Virus record (IMG/VR): IMGVR_UViG_3300025039_000014
Coordinates: 1 to 64,000 of that record
DNA: 64,000 bases
Source: a virus
Strand: one strand, 5' to 3'
How positions within the stretch are numbered: the stretch's first letter is position 1; each line of letters opens with the position of its first letter. The notes beneath the pieces are model-generated. The model had not been told where the DNA came from. It did no database searches and was given only the letters and a program-made list of their open reading frames with translations. Shown here in pieces: positions 60,460 through 64,000 of the stretch. Position numbers and translations under genes: made by a program.

Positions 60460-61104
60460 ATGAGCGACACGAAGACTGCACGAAAGCGAATGTCTCCGAG
60501 CCAGTGGGCAGAAGCGCGTGCGATGTGGGCGTCGGGCGAGTTCACGCTGGAACAGATCGCCGAGAAATACGGCGTCGCCCGCGAAACCCTGTCGCGCCGG
60601 TTCGCCAAGGACGGGGTCAAGAAGGGTCAGAGCCAGATCGATCGCAAGGTCGAGCAGGAGCTGATCGAGAAAGCCGTCCAGGCTGCCGACAAGTGGGCGG
60701 AGCGCGGCGAACAAGCCCGCGAATCGTTCTTCAAGATGAACAAGATGGTCGTCGCGCTGACCGGCAAGGTCTTGCAAGACGCGATCGCCGGGGGCAAGGG
60801 GCTCTACACCGCCCAGGCCGACCTCAAGGCACTCCAGATGACATCGATCATTCTGGAGAAGACTCGGGCGAATCAGTGGGCCGTCGTGGGTCTCGACAAG
60901 GAAACCGACAACGACGACGAAATCCCCCAGCTGCTGGTGCGCACGCTGACCCCGGATCAGGTCGTCGAACTCCAGCGCATGCAGCATCAGGTAACGCCGG
61001 AAGACGAGATCGAGGTCGGCGACGCCGAACCCTACCTCGAAGACATCGATGTTCTCGATGACGAAGACGACGATGCGGTTATCGTCGAAGAGGCCGACGA
61101 CTAA
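60460..61104 (+). CDS. terS: terminase small subunit
   Basis: N-terminal HTH (TLEQIAEKYGVARETLSRR); TAATG-coupled to terL. Confidence 0.8.
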   Translation: MSDTKTARKRMSPSQWAEARAMWASGEFTLEQIAEKYGVARETLSRRFAKDGVKKGQSQIDRKVEQELIEKAVQAADKWAERGEQARESFFKMNKMVVALTGKVLQDAIAGGKGLYTAQADLKALQMTSIILEKTRANQWAVVGLDKETDNDDEIPQLLVRTLTPDQVVELQRMQHQVTPEDEIEVGDAEPYLEDIDVLDDEDDDAVIVEEADD

Positions 61105-62339
61105 TGGCCGCCGTCATCGATCTCAGCCTTCACGACAAGCAGATGGAAGTCTTCTCCGACCCGGCGCGATTCAAGGTCGTCGTGGCCGGCCGGCGCTGGG
61201 GCAAGTCTCGTCTGTCGCTGACCTCGATGCTGCGCGCCGCCCGGATGCCCCGCTCTCGGGTCTGGTATATCGCGCCGACCTTCCGCATGGCCAAGCAGAT
61301 CATGTGGGACGAGCTGCTGGAGATGATCCCCAAGCAGTGGGTCAGGAAGACCAACCACTCGACCCTTACGGTGGTGCTCAAGAACAAGACCGAAATCTCG
61401 CTCAAGGGTGCCGACCGCCCCGATACCCTGCGCGGTGTCGCGCTGAACTACGTGGTCCTCGACGAATTTCAGGACATGAAGGCCGACGTCTGGGTCAAGG
61501 TGCTTCGCCCGACGCTGTCGTCAACCGGCGGACACGCACTGATCATCGGCACCCCGAAGGCGTTCAACTACCTCTACGAGCTGTGGAAGCTCGGTCAGGA
61601 TGGCCGCTCGAAGCAGTGGAAGTCCTGGCAGTTCGAAACCGCCTCATCGCCCTTCATCCCGGCATCCGAAATCGAAGCAGCCCGCGAGGACATGGACCCC
61701 AAGTCGTTCGCACAGGAATACCTGGCGAGCTTCGCCACCATGTCGGGCCGAGTCTACTACCCGTTCGATCGCATGGAGCATGTCGGCACCTATGCGTTCA
61801 ACCCCGCCCTGCCGATCTGGGTGGGCCAGGATTTCAACATCGACCCGATGTCCTCGGTGGTCATGCAGCCGCAGAGCAACGGCGATATCTGGATCGTCGA
61901 CGAGATGATTTTGCCATCCTCGAATACGGCCGAAGTGTGTGACGAGCTGGAGCGCAAGTTCTGGCGCTGGCAGTCCAATTTGACGGTTTACCCCGATCCA
62001 GCCGGAGGCCAGCGCCAACACGCCCGCGGCGAAACCGATATGGACATCTTTCGGGAACGCGGCTTCAAGCGGCTCAAATACAAGCGCCGGCACCCGGCGA
62101 TCGCCGACCGCGTCAACGCGGTCAACTCGATGCTGATGAGTGCATCCGGCCAGGTTCGCCTGCGCGTGGACGCGAGCTGCCGTCAAACGATCTCGGCCTT
62201 CGAACAGACGCTTTACAAGCCAGGCAGTCGGGACATCGACAAGGCCGCCGGTGTGGAGCACCCGGCCGATGCGCTGGGCTACTGCATCGACCTCGAACGT
62301 CCGGTGCGGAAATTCAAGCCGATGGGCGCTTCTTTCTGA
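61104..62339 (+). CDS. terL: terminase large subunit
   Basis: AGRRWGKS, VVLDE, IGTP, GQDFN, H..DA..Y. Confidence 0.93.
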   Translation: MAAVIDLSLHDKQMEVFSDPARFKVVVAGRRWGKSRLSLTSMLRAARMPRSRVWYIAPTFRMAKQIMWDELLEMIPKQWVRKTNHSTLTVVLKNKTEISLKGADRPDTLRGVALNYVVLDEFQDMKADVWVKVLRPTLSSTGGHALIIGTPKAFNYLYELWKLGQDGRSKQWKSWQFETASSPFIPASEIEAAREDMDPKSFAQEYLASFATMSGRVYYPFDRMEHVGTYAFNPALPIWVGQDFNIDPMSSVVMQPQSNGDIWIVDEMILPSSNTAEVCDELERKFWRWQSNLTVYPDPAGGQRQHARGETDMDIFRERGFKRLKYKRRHPAIADRVNAVNSMLMSASGQVRLRVDASCRQTISAFEQTLYKPGSRDIDKAAGVEHPADALGYCIDLERPVRKFKPMGASF

Positions 62340-62346
62340 CCTATGG

Positions 62347-62368
62347 AGTAAGTAAGTATTTACTTACT
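62347..62368. promoter_or_regulatory. GTAAG-palindrome operator copy
   Basis: AGTAAGTAAGTATTTACTTACT upstream of the portal gene. Confidence 0.85.
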
Positions 62369-62405
62369 CTCTAATTTATGGTTACATTCCACACTAGGCA
62401 AAAGA

Positions 62406-63938
62406 GTGAACCGCATGGATCTCAAGAAACTCGTCAAGCGTCGCCATCCCGAGTTCGCGGGAAAGCTGACTCACTGGCAGTTCCTCCATGCCACTTATCA
62501 GGGTGGACGGGATTGGTTTGACCAACACATCTTCCGCTATCTGAAAGAAGGCGATTGCGAGTTCAAGGATCGCAAGTCACGCGCCTACCGTTTCAACCAC
62601 ACCCGAGAAATCGTCAACCTGGTCAACAAATACGTCTTTCGCGGTGACATCACCCGCAAGAAGGACGCTGACAAGGCGATTCTCGACTTCTGGAAACGAA
62701 CCACTCGCGACGGCATCTGCATCGACGAATTCATGCGTCAGGCAGATATCGAATCCTCGATCTACGGTCGCGTCTGGATCGTCGTCGACTCCACCCACAA
62801 AGGCGAAGCGGTATCCAAGGCCGACGAGCGTTTGAACGGCTCGAAGACCTACGCCTACGTGGTGCCACCGACCCACATGCTCGATATGGGCACTGACGAT
62901 GACGGCCAACTGCTGTGGATGTTGTTCTACGAACCGACCCGAGACGACGATGACCCGTTTACGTCCTCCGGTGCGATCGAGGACCGCTGGCGTCTCTGGA
63001 CCCGAACGAGCTGGTCTCTGTATGCCCTGAGTGAAGAGAAAGGGCCGGACGGCGAGCCCCTGGTCATCGAGATGGATAAGGGCGACAACCACCTGGGCGA
63101 AGTGCCGGTGGTGCCGCTCGACGCGATGGTCTGTCATGAGTCGCGCTACTCGTCACCGGCGCTGATCAATGACATCGCCTACCTGGATCGAGCGGTCGCC
63201 AACTACCTCTCGAACCTCGACGCGATCATCCAGGACCAGACGTTTTCGCAGCTGGCGATTCCGGCGCAGAACATGATGCCGGGCGACAAGGAATACAACC
63301 AGATGGTCGCGATGGGCACCAACCGGGTGTTCGTCTTCGACGGTGGCGAAGGTGGTTCAGGCCCCTTCTTCCTCTCGCCTGACGTCAAGCAGGCGCATCT
63401 GATCCTCGAAGTGGTCAGCAAGATCATCAACGAAATCTACCACTCGGTAGGTGTCGCCGGTGAGCGGACCAAAGAGGACAACTCGAAGGGTATCGACAAC
63501 AGCTCTGGCGTCGCCAAAGCCTACGACTTCGAGCGGGTCAACAGCCTGCTTGCATCGAAGTCGAGCGCCCTGCAACGCGCGGAGAACCGAATTTCCCGAC
63601 TGGCGGCGATGTATGCCGGAGTCGAGATGGACGCGGATGACCGCGTCGTGGATTACCCGAAGTCGTATGACGTTCGGGGTCTGACGGATGAATTCGCTGT
63701 GGCCGAGCAACTGAGCCTCATCGACGCGCCGGAAACCGTCAGACGCGAGCAGATGCGCTCGCTGGTCGACAAGCTCTTCCCGAACCTCACGGACGATGTG
63801 CGTGCGGCGATCGAGAAGGAACTGGAGAAGTTCCCCGCGTCACCCGAAGCCTTGCCTGGCATGCCGCCACTTCCGCAGCAGCCGGCACAGCAAGAGGATG
63901 ACGCCCCTACCCAGCAGGACCAGTGGACCGCCGAGTGA
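62406..63938 (+). CDS. portal protein
   Basis: follows terL; 510 aa; HLGEVPVV and SGVA motifs of SPP1-like portals. Confidence 0.8.
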   Translation: MNRMDLKKLVKRRHPEFAGKLTHWQFLHATYQGGRDWFDQHIFRYLKEGDCEFKDRKSRAYRFNHTREIVNLVNKYVFRGDITRKKDADKAILDFWKRTTRDGICIDEFMRQADIESSIYGRVWIVVDSTHKGEAVSKADERLNGSKTYAYVVPPTHMLDMGTDDDGQLLWMLFYEPTRDDDDPFTSSGAIEDRWRLWTRTSWSLYALSEEKGPDGEPLVIEMDKGDNHLGEVPVVPLDAMVCHESRYSSPALINDIAYLDRAVANYLSNLDAIIQDQTFSQLAIPAQNMMPGDKEYNQMVAMGTNRVFVFDGGEGGSGPFFLSPDVKQAHLILEVVSKIINEIYHSVGVAGERTKEDNSKGIDNSSGVAKAYDFERVNSLLASKSSALQRAENRISRLAAMYAGVEMDADDRVVDYPKSYDVRGLTDEFAVAEQLSLIDAPETVRREQMRSLVDKLFPNLTDDVRAAIEKELEKFPASPEALPGMPPLPQQPAQQEDDAPTQQDQWTAE

Positions 63939-64000
63939 CCGGCGCCCACACCACCCGATAGGCCAAGAGACCGGCCATAGGAGCTTGAGATGAAGAAGTC

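Overview
64 kb of a large, high-GC temperate phage or phage-plasmid. Gene content and order resemble SSU5/pHCM2-type phage-plasmids. The host is probably a gammaproteobacterium, inferred from serS and an E. coli-type LexA box. No repA, capsid or tail gene is in the window. From left to right: XRE regulator; CobT/CobS-like vWA + AAA pair; DnaE fused to a UDG-like domain; CI-like repressor; T4-like recombination core (UvsY-like, gp32-like SSB, 5'-3' exonuclease, RecA, Mre11/Rad50, RuvC-like); nucleotide metabolism genes (nrdAB, MazG-like, thyA, folA, kinase); RNase H; LexA-controlled umuDC; a Phd/VapC TA pair; many small ORFs; long repeat-rich non-coding tracts (43-45.6, 48.5-49.5, 59.4-60.4 kb); an intact serS; SF2 helicase; a ParB-ParB-ABC ATPase-HExxH-GNAT operon; then terS, terL and portal. 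About 19 copies of one palindromic operator (GTAAGTAAG-N2-CTTACTTAC family) mark most promoter regions. The most striking observation is a ~1.29 kb two-gene island (49491-50778) with no GGC/GGG/GGT or GCC/CCC/ACC: every GG is GGA and every CC is TCC, and the flanks are saturated in these motifs. With the packaging-linked ParB/ABC/GNAT operon, this suggests a possibly undescribed virion DNA-modification system targeting GGB/VCC, plus a modification-free immediate-early cassette. All counts were made by eye.
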